Shown here piece after piece: positions 1 to 12,065 of a DNA stretch of 64,000 bases. Made by a program: the position numbers and the translations under genes. Under the pieces are notes generated by a model. That model did no database searches, was not told where the DNA came from, and worked only from the letters and a program-made list of their open reading frames with translations. The stretch is from Toensbergia leucococca (Eukaryota). Location of the stretch: the NCBI GenBank assembly GCA_022813965.1, contig JALDZS010000009.1:62001-126000 (forward strand), written 5' to 3'. The first letter of the stretch is position 1; each line of letters starts with the position of its first letter.

Positions 1-578
1 CAATATGAGTAATTCAACTATGCGAAAGGCGCAGCAGGCCTACAAATAAATGTTTACATCCTCACTTGAGTCAGCAATAGTGATATGTATGCAGGCATGA
101 TGCAACGGAGTAAACATCAGTGGCCATCTTAGCATCGTTTTTGGAGAGAACGCTATGATGTTCCTATCATATTAGTCTTCTACCTAGCTCGGCTTCTTCC
201 TACAGTTACCACTCGACTGCCTCTCCTCCCCTTCAACTGTACGCATCCTCTGCGACTAACTTCGGATTATTGCCTTGGAGATAGTGGTTTTCAAGATTCT
301 CTCACAGGACTCTTGAAATGTCGCATGACATCGTGGTTGCTTGCTGCAATATAGCTTCCCCAGTGGCTTGGAGCGGAGGCTGGATTCAACGAAAAGCTCG
401 AAGGCATTTATTGTTGCCTTGCTCCAAGCCAAAAGTTCCGGTTGCCATGTTGCGGTTTAGTTTCTGGCTTATTTCTCCTTGTGGGAGCGTGTCGTCTTTG
501 CGTCTGTATTTCTTGGGTGTATCGAATCGACACTACTACCCTGCGATAATGTATGACAAGAACCCAACCGCTACGCCT

Positions 579-1817
579 TCAGAACCATTCGAGGAATTGC
601 GTGCCTGCGTGTACTGGGGTAGTCTCCGAAACCGTCATTGCCGCCGCCGCCTCGGAAACTGCCATTGCCTTCTCAAATGCAAGAAAATTGAAGTATTGGT
701 CGTCGTTCTCAAAGAAAAAAGTTTGGTCAGAGAGATCTGAACATGTCGGGTAGGAGGTTGCCTGGATATCATCCTTTCCTGGAAGAAGCATAGGCGATCC
801 GTCTTCTGCATCGTCTATCGATGAGTCATCCTCTTCATCATCGTCATCCTCCTCCTCTTCCTGTTTCCCTTTTGGAGGTTGCCAGGTCTCTTCCAATTTC
901 AACCCCTTTCCTAGGGGCTCACGTTGTAGATGGGCGATCTGGGTTAATGCATGGCTCTGAGTACTGTTTCCATGATCGTACAGACCCATACCCACTAATT
1001 CTTTACTTCTCTTCTTCTGAATTCGAGTCGTCGAATCTATATCTATCTCTTGCCATGGATCTAGGGGATATTGAATAGGAAGAAAATCTGGACTTGACGG
1101 AGCAATATAGGTAGGGAACATGGCGGAGACATGAGAGAAGTCTTGAGTTTGAGAAGTCCCCGATGTACAAGTACCATAGCCATAAGACAAAGGCATATTT
1201 GGGAACTGGCTCTGGGTGGCCGTATCAGCAGATGCATACGCGGAAGACGTGCCATTGCTAAGAGGACTAATCCCATAGTTTAGGTTTGATTGGTCGTACT
1301 CCTTGTGAGTAAAATCGGATCCGTTCGACATGATGAAGTCCGTATAATAGCGGGGTGCAATTACTCCTGAGTTGGCGAGGTGTGTCGAAGATACATTCTC
1401 ACGTAGGAGGTTATGATATAGGTACGTCTCAGCTGGTGTTTCGAGAGTAGTTGAAGCAGGATGCCAGCTCATTGGTCTCTCAGGTCCCCGTTGTCTGTCG
1501 TCGTCGCCATTACTATGCCAGCTGTTATGGTCTTGCGTTCGTGCAGCTTCGTGTTGTAAACCTGACGAGTTCCGCATTCTTGTGTGAGGCGCTATCGTCT
1601 TCCTTCGGTTGATGGCATGTGGACTATTCCCAACACTATTCGCTTTTGTGACCTTAGCCGCTCTCTTTCTTATCGTCGTTGAGCCGTTACTCGAGTTGCC
1701 CGAGAGTTGCCTGGAGAGCTGGGATCTGGCCATGTGGTAAGATACATCGTTGAGCATAACATCCAGATCGGCCAAAGCCATTGACCTGAGTCTATGATTG
1801 AAGTATATATTTGGCAC
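579..1817 (-). CDS. Conserved hypothetical protein of filamentous ascomycetes, mostly low-complexity; the ORF-track start is a GTG, so the true start may be the in-frame MALADLD ATG near 1780
   Basis: 412-codon ORF with short motifs RPMSWHP, KELVGMGLYD and GKGLKLEETWQPP followed by an acidic tract, which I recall from Pezizomycotina hypothetical proteins. Confidence 0.7.
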   Translation of the reverse strand: MPNIYFNHRLRSMALADLDVMLNDVSYHMARSQLSRQLSGNSSNGSTTIRKRAAKVTKANSVGNSPHAINRRKTIAPHTRMRNSSGLQHEAARTQDHNSWHSNGDDDRQRGPERPMSWHPASTTLETPAETYLYHNLLRENVSSTHLANSGVIAPRYYTDFIMSNGSDFTHKEYDQSNLNYGISPLSNGTSSAYASADTATQSQFPNMPLSYGYGTCTSGTSQTQDFSHVSAMFPTYIAPSSPDFLPIQYPLDPWQEIDIDSTTRIQKKRSKELVGMGLYDHGNSTQSHALTQIAHLQREPLGKGLKLEETWQPPKGKQEEEEDDDDEEDDSSIDDAEDGSPMLLPGKDDIQATSYPTCSDLSDQTFFFENDDQYFNFLAFEKAMAVSEAAAAMTVSETTPVHAGTQFLEWF

Positions 1818-4448
1818 TGCCTGTCACATTCACAGGCAGCTTTGGAGTGTAGTGAAAGGAGACACGACGAGCCCGGACTTGGTGGGTTTGAAGAGCGCCG
1901 AATGAATTTGAGGAGAGATCTTTACGACTAGGAATCTTGACCGAACTCAGGGGACGTGTGGCGAGACAAAACAGATTAAAGAGAAAGGGAGGGCAAGTGG
2001 TTTTGACCTCCATGGATGCGGCAATGGTGGTCCCGTCTGCCCTCGTCGCGGATCCCACGGTAGGGTCATGAGAAGCTGGAGTGGATTAGACGAGTAGGGA
2101 TGATGCATGGCTGATCTAGAAGGGAATCGTAGGTAAGGTAAGCTGCAAACGCCCAATTAAAGATGGACCGAATCTAGTTGCATTCGAGGATCCCAATTTC
2201 CGACCGCGGCTGCATGCGCATCACGAGGCTTGAGGACCACGATCACTCCTCCTGGGAATGGGCCGGTCTGACTGACGTTTGGGGAACGGGGGGAGGTAAG
2301 GGTTGGAAAGGTAAAACACACCACCACACTAGATTGTTACCTAGTCTACTATAAAAGTCAACGAGTCTGCCGTTTAGTGGCACATGCACGGCACACAGTT
2401 GAAGCGATCAAGCTACCACAGTCGACCAATCAATCCACCCCGCCCGATAGCCCCTACACCTTCTCATCTATGATCCCTCACTAAAATCCCCACTTTTTCA
2501 ATGGTGGATTGCTGATGTTCTTGCCTGAAAGGTAGCGGCGTAAGATGCACAGGCCAATAATGCCGATGGCTGTACTCGTACATATATTATTGCCGCACAC
2601 GCACCAGCGCTCCAGCATCTTCTAGCCTGCACATAGCGCTGACGCCTAAACTTGGGATGCCGGCAACTATTCTACACGACGACATGACATATTGATATCG
2701 AATCAGGCAGAGTGGTAGTGGCGCTGTTTAAGCGTGATAATTGGCACTCCTCCTTGCTAGAATATGGTAGCGTGGGATGCCGGACCGGTTTGTTCAGAAA
2801 TCAGGTCACTTTTCCTCAGACCGCCTAGATACCTATCCTCGAGCTATTCTGAACTCAGAACGCTCCCGCTGATCGGCATCGACAATTCAACAAGGATGTA
2901 AACGAAGGAATGATTTAGGTCTACGCCTTCCTGAATGAGGCAGTGTTATTGATTTTTGGCCATCTGCTACGAGGAAGGTACTCGTGCTACTCGCGTCCCG
3001 CTTGCGGTGACAGTGTCACAGAAATCTCGTCACTCTTCCTTCATCACGCGAAACCAGATGGGTGGCTTGAAAGCTTCTGTTGCCCCGTTGTGCCATGCCG
3101 ACGCTTTCTAGTCTCAGGCCCCAACATTCTCTTACGTTTGCTTACTGGCTTTGGCGATTGCCTCTTTCCTTTGTTTTCGCTTTCCCCACCAACTTTGCAC
3201 TTTGAGCCTAGTATGGACCGTGGCAGTAAATCCAGGATGGATCATGCTTTATCTAGACCTTGCTGATTGCTAAAAGCCTCGTACTGCGTACATGGCTACG
3301 TGGCGCCCTTGGCCATTGCGCGGCGAAGTCTAAAGTGGAAGGTTAGCTCTCCGTCTGTTAATTACCTTACCCGTCTGCCATTCGCCTTGGTTGCATCTCG
3401 GGCCTTAGACACTTAGTTATACAACGGCCAATTGAAGTCGCACAAATTGCTGTTTGGCTGGCAGCCAAAACAACCTCATACATGTGTCATATGCACCGGA
3501 TCTTAGCCGCTGCCACCTATTCACTAGGCAACATGCCATAACAGCAGGCAGCCGAAGTCATCATCGCTCATCAGGACATGCAATTCGTGTGGCGGCTGAC
3601 AGGACGAATTTGCAGCAAATAAGTGTTACTCGTACATACTCCGTCCATGCTTCGGCTATCCAGCCTAGGGTATGAATCTATGCATGACTGGTTGTGGATT
3701 CCCCCTGGCCACCTTCGGATGGCTCAATAGCCGCTACCACTGGATTGGCTAAGGTATTTGAAGGGCCATGAGCACTCTATTTGCGCCATCCTCAGTGTGA
3801 TGACAGGCAACGTTCTTTCCTCTTATCATTGGCTCATTGGCTGCGTACTGAGGCACACGCACTCAGGGATGCACGGCCCCTACGAGAACGACCTTGTATC
3901 ACCAGGATCTGCTAGTGAAGATAGGTATACTCTAGGTAGGCCTCCGGCTCTACCTAATCATGCATGCTTTGAATTGCCTCAATTTTGATGGGAACCGAGA
4001 ATGCCTGAGCCATAAAGGGCCATCTCGTTTGAGGCTTGTACTACTCTATTCTGTCTTCCCGCTCTCCTTATCGATATCAGCGCCACATCTCCTGGTGCGT
4101 GCTACGTTAGGCAACGAGGGGAACAGACGTGCAATGGTGATGCACCCCTTGATTCCTATTATCATCGTTGGTCATTTACATGGCGAAGTTGATAGTCGTA
4201 ATCATCTTGAAAATCCCCGTTTTGATCAATTCGTTGTACAGTGGGTTGCAGCTGTAAAAGAGAGGAGTGGAGGGGTAATCGTAGGATACGTGAAGTCAAA
4301 GGTGCGGCTCTAGAGTCTAAACCGCCTGCCTACTCTGATACGAGTACTCGTACGCACTCTCACACGAATGCGGCATCTCCGGAACAGGTTCTCCGCATTG
4401 ATGAATACGATCCGATGATCACTTCCAACTTGGCTCTATCATTGCAAC

Positions 4449-6225
4449 ATGCAGCAATCAAACCCTCAGTGGTTCGAGTCAACATCGTTGCGAGAATCGG
4501 TGTCGGGCGGGGATCTGCATGAAGTAGGTGATTTGCGTGAAGTGTACGGAGTTAACAATCGATTTGATTAATCCGTCTCAAAGGATCAAGGTGACTCAAG
4601 CGCTAGTGATGCCGAGTACCATCGAGCTCTTGAGGTCCGTAACTCACCACCTTCTCTCAGTGACCGCCGCTGAGGTGCAGAAGTAGGTCGTATTCGATGC
4701 AGAGAACATACATCGCCGGAGGTCATCTCTAGCCAGCTCTGATGCTGCCAACCTCGCAAAACAACGTGCGGATCAACGCGCCGACACTGCATGCTTTGTA
4801 CACCAACTTCTGGAGAGTCAAGGAAAAGGACGCAAAGCCAAAGCCAAGTCTCGGGAAGCTATTCTCGAGAATCAAAAGTCGGACAAGGTATCCGACGGCA
4901 ATGTGCCTACCACCCATTCGAGATTACTCTCGAAAAAGCAACTGTCTGACATGGCATGGGGCGTTCGAGAATTGTCAAAGAGGCTGGGAAGCATTCGGCT
5001 AAAGCTGAAAGTAAAGACGGTCTTTTTGTTGACCAAGGCACACGATGAGACACTTATTGAATACACAAGGGAAGTCGCCAAGTGGCTCTTATCGAGTGAT
5101 AGGCCGACTCCGTATATTGTGTGCGGAATTCCCATCCGCATTGCATGGGAAACTTAGTAGACTAATGCGAGTCAGCTATGTCGAGAAGACTCTGGAAAAG
5201 AACGACAAATTCGATGCCGAAGGCCTTGTATCACAAGATCCTTCCCATAATGGTCGCCTGAAATATTGGACGAATGAGCTCTGTGCCCAGCACCCTCATA
5301 CCTTTGATTTCGTAGTAACGGTCGGTTTCCTCACCCTCTGTTCTTTCTACGACCTTCTTCTATTAACATGAAATAGCTCGGCGGTGATGGCACACTTTTA
5401 TACGCCAGCTGGCTCTTTCAAAGAATCGTACCTCCCGTGCTCTCCTTCGCATTGGGCTCTTTAGGGTTTCTCACTAAGTTTGATTACGAAGGGTTCAGGG
5501 AGACCCTCACGAAATCGTTCAGTGATGGGGTTACTGTGAGCCTACGATTGCGTTTTGAGGGGACAGTCATGCGATCACAAAGCCATGAAAAGAAACAACA
5601 AGATCGAGATTTAATAGAAGAGCTGATTGGCGAAGAATGCGACAATAATCATACGCACAAGCCAGATAGCTCTTATGAGATACTGAACGATATCGTTGTG
5701 GACAGGGGTCCTAATCCAAGTACGTGGCGGAAAGCCATCATTGGGGCCTGAAGTGCTGATAGTGAACAAGCAATGTCCGCCATCGAAATATTTGGAGACG
5801 ACGAGCATTTTACAACGGTGCAAGCGGATGGGGTATGTGTAGCCACACCCACAGGCTCCACTGCGTACAATCTTGCAGCAGGAGGATCACTCTGCCACCC
5901 GGAAAATCCAGTGATTCTGGTCACCGCCATATGCGCCCACACACTCTCTTTCAGACCCATCATACTTCCAGATACGATTGTATTGAGGGTCGGTGTGCCA
6001 TATGACGCTCGTACTTCTTCTTGGGCAAGCTTTGACGGACGAGAGAGAGTGGAACTGCATCCAGGTGACTATGTCACCATTTCGGCGTCGAGATATCCAT
6101 TTGCCAATGTGATGCCGCAAGGGAGGAGAAGCGAGGATTGGGTGAATAGTATTTCTAGGACTTTGCAGTGGAACTCAAGGCAGCGGCAAAAGAGCTTCAA
6201 GGAATGGCAGGACCACCATACTTAG
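4449..6225 (+). CDS. UTR1: NAD+/NADH kinase (Utr1/Yef1-like), multi-exon
   Basis: Spliced reading gives TACFVHQLL, SRLLSKKQLSDMAWGVRELSKRL, LGGDGTLLYASWLF (GGDG motif, ~5377-5420), ILNDIVVDRGP and ADGVCVATPTGSTAYNLAAGGS. Start inferred at CAACATG (4449) through two short introns. Confidence 0.93.
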
Positions 6226-6420
6226 CATAGATCCACGTATAATTTCAGATAGAATGAGAAAACCTTACGAGACGTCATCCTAAAACAATACCGTTCGAGG
6301 ATTGTCTTCACGAAAAATACGCATGCCATAAGTTCCATAATATTGATCACCACCACAATCACAATAAAACCCAGCAAACAACCTCCAACTCACCCCCATT
6401 CCAACGCCCATGCCACAACC

Positions 6421-7260
6421 ATGATCCTCACTCCGGGCGCGAAGCCCCTCCCTCCAAACCCTGACCCCCAATCCGCCGCCCAACAACGCACCACACCCCA
6501 CCCCGGCCTCCGAACACCCTCCAACCGCAAGACAATCTACGACCGCAACCTGAACCGCACCCGCACCGCCGAGCTCAGCCGTGCCAGTTTCGCCTATCTG
6601 TTCGGAGAAATGGTCATCTACGCCCAAAACCGCGTGACGGGAATCCAAGACCTAGAACGAAGGTCTCTCTTGCCCTCCCACAAACCCCCCCCCCCTCCTT
6701 CCTTAAAGAAAAAAACCCCCAAGCCAAAGAAAAGAGAACCCCCACCCATTCAGCATCATCATCATCATCATCAACATTGTTACCAAGCAAAACTAACGAA
6801 CAAGTCCCGGGGGGATTTGAAAAGACTCAACATACAAGGCTACCCCCTAGGCCTCCGCCTCCTCCCCCTGCTCCTCTACCGCGAACCCCCGCGCACCGCC
6901 GTGCGCCCCCACCGCATCCTCGCCCTCCTCCAATTTATCTCCCAAACCCTCTGGCGGCACCTCTTCGCGCGCCCCGCCGACAGCATCGAGCGCTCCGCCA
7001 CCGTCGACGCAGAGTACATGATTGCTGACAACGAGCCGCTTGTGAATCAGTACGTGAGCGTGCCCAAGGAGATGAGTCAGTTGAACTGCGCGGCGTTTGT
7101 GGCTGGGGTTGTGGAGGGGGTCTGTGATGGGGTTGGGTTGGCGGCGAGGGTGAGTGCGCATAATGGGGGGAGTGAGATGTGGCCTAGCAGGACGGTGTTT
7201 TTGGTTAAATTTGAGGAAGAGGTTTTGGGGAGAGAGAGTTTAGGAGGGGGGAGAGGGTGA
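6421..7260 (+). CDS. TRS31: TRAPP complex subunit Trs31/TRAPPC5 (one intron, ~6663-6822)
   Basis: KTIYDRNLNR, ELSRASFAYLFGEMV, IQDLERRLNIQGYPLGLRLL, VSVPKEMSQLNCAAFVAGVVEGVCDG, WPSRTVFLVKF. Confidence 0.95.
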   Translation: MILTPGAKPLPPNPDPQSAAQQRTTPHPGLRTPSNRKTIYDRNLNRTRTAELSRASFAYLFGEMVIYAQNRVTGIQDLERRSLLPSHKPPPPPSLKKKTPKPKKREPPPIQHHHHHHQHCYQAKLTNKSRGDLKRLNIQGYPLGLRLLPLLLYREPPRTAVRPHRILALLQFISQTLWRHLFARPADSIERSATVDAEYMIADNEPLVNQYVSVPKEMSQLNCAAFVAGVVEGVCDGVGLAARVSAHNGGSEMWPSRTVFLVKFEEEVLGRESLGGGRG

Positions 7261-7379
7261 GGGGGGGGGGGAATCGAGGTTGTGAGGGGCGTTTCTTTTG
7301 GAGGGAGGCTTTGCTAGGCGCTTCAGGGGGAAGCATGGACAGGAGGGAGTTTTGGGACTGTTTGCATGTGGCTTTATAA

Positions 7380-8879
7380 TCAGGTTGAGGCTACTTTGTG
7401 CCGCTTCAGGTTATGGTCGCGGTCTCCATACGGAGATGGACTACGCTTCCTCCTGCTGCGATCGTCTCGGTAGCGATCCCTTCTCGGGGACGGCGATCTC
7501 AACCTCGAGCTCGAGTAGGAGCGTCTGCGAGGACTTCGTCGTCTCCAGCCCTCACTCGACTCCCGACTTCGAGAGTCTCGATTAGGGATGTAGGCATCGC
7601 TGCCAGCTCTGCCCTCCCTTCTTCTCTCCCAATCACTGCCACGTGGACCCGCAGGTGCGTTTTCAGGTGCCTTTCTGCGTTCCCTCACCTCTGTAGCATT
7701 AGCACCAGAAGCACCTCTTCCCCCATTGTCTCTATCAGGCATGAATCTCTCATCCGTGGTGCCATCACCCCTCCGAGAACCCTTACCTTCGAGCGCACCC
7801 CACCTACCCGTATCCTCGCTCTGCAGATCTTTGTACTTCGTGCGGCCTTTCCTGCCAAGGCGCGTCATGTCCCTGATCTGCATGTACTGGGGCAGTAGTT
7901 CTCTATTCGTCACATCGTCCTGATACCGACTCCCCATGATGTCCCGCCGATCCAGACCCTCGGCCTTGGCATCGTCTTGGAAAAAGGCGCCTTTGTGGTA
8001 GTATTTTTGGAGATAACCCATCTTGCCTTTTTCTTCCTTGTCCTGTTTCTGCTTATCCAAGAAGTCCCTGTCCTCGGCTTCTCTCTCCTCTTGGCCGAGG
8101 TTCCGCCGTCTCTCCACTTCCTCCCTCTCCTTTTCTGCAATCTCAATTGCTTCCCTCTCCCTCTTTACACGCTTCAGCTCTCTCAGCTTCCATGATGCTC
8201 GCTCCGCTTCAGGGTCTAGATTGTCTGTGTCATCCACCTGCTCCGCGTCCTCGTTCTCGTCATCATCCCAGTACTTCTTCCCTGCTGCGCGAGCAGCGGC
8301 ATTTTTGTCCAATTGCTCCTGAATCAACGCGTCGGCTTTAGCTTTTCTCCTAGCTTCTTCTTCTGCCCATAACTCCTCTTCAGTCTTGGTATCTACCACA
8401 GCGGCACTATCCTTTCGTTTATCCTTCTTGATGAACGTTGGTCGTAGAAGCACCTTGGCTGAATCCTCATCACTGCTACTCTCCTCGCTCTCACTCCCGC
8501 TCTCTTCCTCTCCTGAACCCCCTTCCTCGTCGCTCTCCTCGGTGACGAAGCCTTCTTCCTCCCTGACTCGTGCAGCATTCTCCTCCGCCAGTCGCGCAGC
8601 TTCCCCCGCAACGGCTTGCCGTCTTCGTTCATTCAAATCAACTTGCTTGAGGTTGCTGGCGATTTTCGTGGCTTCTGAGGGGAATGAGGTGGCTTTTGGA
8701 GGGGGCGCTTTGGTTGAAGCTTCAGTTTGCTCATCCTCTTCTTGAGAGGCTTCCTCTTCATCCTGCCCATCTTCTCCATCTTCCTCTTCTTCATCTGAGG
8801 AGTGTTCCTCTAATGTTGGCTTTCCTGGGCGGTAGCGAGCAGGCTTGATGGGGTTCGCGGTCATGCGCTTCGGAGGCAT
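7380..8879 (-). CDS. MFAP1: MFAP1-family spliceosomal protein (microfibrillar-associated protein 1)
   Basis: ARYRPGK, LLRPTFIKK, WKLRELKRVKRERE, YLQKYYHKGAFFQD, GRKGRTKYKDL, RS-rich tail; single 499-codon ORF. Confidence 0.93.
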   Translation of the reverse strand: MPPKRMTANPIKPARYRPGKPTLEEHSSDEEEEDGEDGQDEEEASQEEDEQTEASTKAPPPKATSFPSEATKIASNLKQVDLNERRRQAVAGEAARLAEENAARVREEEGFVTEESDEEGGSGEEESGSESEESSSDEDSAKVLLRPTFIKKDKRKDSAAVVDTKTEEELWAEEEARRKAKADALIQEQLDKNAAARAAGKKYWDDDENEDAEQVDDTDNLDPEAERASWKLRELKRVKREREAIEIAEKEREEVERRRNLGQEEREAEDRDFLDKQKQDKEEKGKMGYLQKYYHKGAFFQDDAKAEGLDRRDIMGSRYQDDVTNRELLPQYMQIRDMTRLGRKGRTKYKDLQSEDTGRWGALEGKGSRRGDGTTDERFMPDRDNGGRGASGANATEVRERRKAPENAPAGPRGSDWERRREGRAGSDAYIPNRDSRSRESSEGWRRRSPRRRSYSSSRLRSPSPRRDRYRDDRSRRKRSPSPYGDRDHNLKRHKVAST

Positions 8880-9390
8880 TATAGGAATATTAGGCGTAAT
8901 GACTGGGAGGCTCTATCTCTGAGTGACTGTGATTAGTAGAAATCCTTAAGAGTGGTCCCAGGAATCGTAATGCCAAGATGGGATGATTTAAGCGTCTCCT
9001 TTGCCTGTGAGGTTTTGATGCGGAAATCGGAGATTAAATCAATCTATCATTACGAGTGACTTGAATCTGGCACCAGATTGAGTTTCATATGGTAAACCAG
9101 TTGCACAGGACGCACTGGAGTATGAGAGGCTGCCATTTACTCTGGACGTCACAATGAATGACATCAAAGTACGGAGAGCCACCCACGACCCAGCGGCTTT
9201 TCCCTAGGTGGATGCTAATCCCCTCCCCTAATTTTCCTACGGTGACCTACATGGCTACGAGTACTCTATTCCACATATCTTGTCCTTCCGTTTTCGTTTC
9301 ACTACCTACGGAGTAATCTATGTCTTGGTTCTATGTTGATCCAGCCTATTCTTGGCGATGAATGTCTCATAAAACAAGAAGATCACACAA

Positions 9391-9479
9391 TCGAGGGGGG
9401 TGAAAAAATTGACCGCCGATCGCTTATTCTAGTGATTTCTCGCCAAACAATTGGCGGTCAATTTTTCACCCCCCCTCGA
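9391..9479. mobile_element. MITE-like 89-bp element with 27-bp terminal inverted repeats
   Basis: Left arm TCGAGGGGGGTGAAAAAATTGACCGCC (9391-9417). Right arm GGCGGTCAATTTTTCACCCCCCCTCGA (9453-9479) is its reverse complement apart from homopolymer lengths; 35-bp spacer. Confidence 0.65.
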
Positions 9480-10924
9480 ATGCATCGAAATAGACATCTT
9501 TAGATATTCGGCACGGTAGAGTATTCCGTCGACATGACTTGCGTCTCTGCGGATCAGAATGAGAATGCATATGCATATGCATCGCATCACATCAATTGTC
9601 TCTGATCGTCAGACCCTGCAGCGATCCCAGCCTCTTGGCCTCAAATCCTCGAAAGTGTCTTCTTCTGGAAGAGAGCAAGCGCCATCACATTGAGCATGCA
9701 CGATACCGCTTTCTACGTTGCGAATAATCGTATTCTACTGAGCACGCTATTGGCTGTTGAAAACTCTTCAGCCTTGCCACTGATAGCTTCATCACCGTAA
9801 TTTTGTTGAACCCTGTTTGGCTCGTCTCTAGGAGCCCCTGCTACTGTTGACTGTACTCTCCCCCCAATCCAACAGACTCTCATGTGGCTCACTGATGATC
9901 CTGAACGTGTCCGAACGGGAAGAAAATCGTGCGCCGAAATTGCGAGTTCGCCCTCCGTGGTGATATGCTGTATCTTCAATCCACCAATTCACACGCCATT
10001 GAACCCCTAACACCTTGTTACCAGTCAACTCGTCAATGAATTGAACGGACTATTGATATTACTAACGAGGCGGTGATACCCGATTACATCATCTACATGC
10101 TCTTATATATGGCAATAGATTCTCACGCAAACGGAAAAATCCACAGCTGCTGGCACGACGAAATGTTGAATCCTCTTTGGGAAAGTGACCTTGTACTGAA
10201 TGATAGAGCTCGATCCCTTTAATCAAACAACGGAATGTTCCTTCCTCCAACCTGTTTCTCTGTTCCATCTCTACTGCATGTTCAAGTACAATTACTGCCC
10301 AATCGAAAGGCTCTCGCAATTAAAAAACATGCTATTTCATACCGCCTGCTTGTTCTCCCTCCTTGGGTACAAGGCTTTCTGCATGATTCGTCGCATTATC
10401 AGCCTCGCGAGCCACAATATCCATGGGGTTTTAATTCAATGAAATAACACCACTGGAGTTTTACTTATCGCATCGATCCCTAAGGAAAAGGAGCTTTGAT
10501 TGGATTTATCGAGAACCAATTAAAGGAGGCGCAATCTAGCTTATTGTAAGGCATACCGCATGTTTCGCCACATACGCCTATAGACAGGTTGTTCCAACGA
10601 ATCCCGTGTAAGAAGTCTACTAGTCGAATTAGATCAAGGTGGCTCTCTCTACCATAGCCCTTGGTGTGGCGCTTCCTCGAAGAGTGAGAAAGCTGACTGA
10701 GGTTCTGACATACTCATCGCCTGATCGAGACGTATATGTAGATTGCAGTGTCTCGCTGTAGTACCCATACTCTCAGATTCCCTTATAACATATGTGTGCA
10801 CTGCTGAAGTGGGTATATAAAAGTTCTTTGGGTATCACAAGCGTCAAACCTCTAAAATCTGCGTCATGCGCGATGCTGTAGACAACTCACAGGACTATCT
10901 TCCTCCTCCAGGCATAGATCGTCG

Positions 10925-11588
10925 TCACGAGATTTCATCTTCATCTTCATCCACATTCAGAGCTTCTGCTGCGGCAAGGATACCCAGGGACTGTATCGGC
11001 ATTGCAGCGGCCCGCTCATTTCCATCAGTGCTCGTCTCCTCGCTCTGACTCTCATCTTCCCACTCAATTTTATCCCCAATCTTGCCCTGATTCTTCCTCG
11101 TACCAAGCGCGGCTTTTCCGTTAACCTCCTCCCAAGCAACCTACCCCCAAATCAGTAAATCAGCCTCGTTTTTTCCTTTGAATAACAGAACAAGAGATCT
11201 TACCCCCCTTTCTTTGACAACCTTTTCCCTCACCGCACTCCTCTGCACCTTCCTCTCCGTCTTATCCAGCACAGCCTCGGCCCTCCCAACGCCCTTCTCA
11301 TGCCTCCTCTTCTGCTGCCTACTCAACGGTTTCCCCTTGGCCTTCCGTTTCGTGACGCCAGCACCTTTATGAATTAAGAGGATCGAGGGCCGATGGTCCA
11401 AGGATTCGGCGGGGGCTTTGATGGATGTGAGGGATTTGTCGAGATTTATGGAAGGGGAAGATGCTCGTTTGGCGGAGCGGGAGTGGAGGGAGGTGGCTAG
11501 GTGGTGTGTATTAACATAAGGGTTGTTTTTAGTGAAAGCCAGATTTCTTACATTTTGAGGCTTTTTTCAGTCTCGCTGTCTTGGCCAT
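10925..11588 (-). CDS. ALB1: Alb1-family pre-60S ribosome biogenesis factor (2 introns)
   Basis: Spliced MAKTARLK..SLHSRSAKRASSPSINLDKSL..AGVTKRK..LSRQQKRRHEKGVGRAEAVLDKTERKV..W EEVN..DEDEDEIS*. Confidence 0.85.
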
Positions 11589-11995
11589 TGCGTTGGTGGA
11601 TTTGGTTTGTTTTGGCTAGTGTGGGTATTTTGTGGAAGTGAAGTTGATATTGAGGGTTAGGGTTTGGCTCGGCTGGAAGCTAAAGACTAGGTTTCGCTTC
11701 CCCAGATTTGTGGCGTATTGTGGGATCGAGGGATAGGATTTCGTGCAGCAGGGCTTAGGTATTCTTAAATGCTCTTTACATGTATGAGAACGAGGATTGC
11801 ATGCCATGATCAAGAACCCGGCTTGGTTGAATCACCTATGCAAATTATTCCCCGCTGACTGCATGCTTACTGTATTTACTTAACCGAACAAGTGATCAAG
11901 GCATGCCCGGCGAAATGGAATCAATCCAGGACCACCAAAGCAATTCGGCATGGAGTCTCTGCCGACATCTCATGAATCGAATTCTTCCCTCGCGC

Positions 11996-12030
11996 ATTCT
12001 GATTCTGATTCTGATTCTGATTCTGATTCT
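11996..12030. repeat. (ATTCTG)n microsatellite, ~6 units
   Basis: attctgattctgattctgattctgattctgattct, just upstream of the oxidase ATG. Confidence 0.9.
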
Positions 12031-12065
12031 GCTTGACCCCATTCCGACTGGCATTACTCGAAACT

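Noticed and set aside
1820..4440. Short ORFs in the 2.6-kb divergent intergenic region, and the + strand ORF at 318-740
   Set aside because: No coding-like composition or motifs; most likely promoter and UTR sequence.
6663..6822. Apparent Pro/Lys/His-rich insertion in Trs31 in the ORF track
   Set aside because: Stop-free intron with a CTAAC branch site; removing it restores the conserved LERRLN junction.
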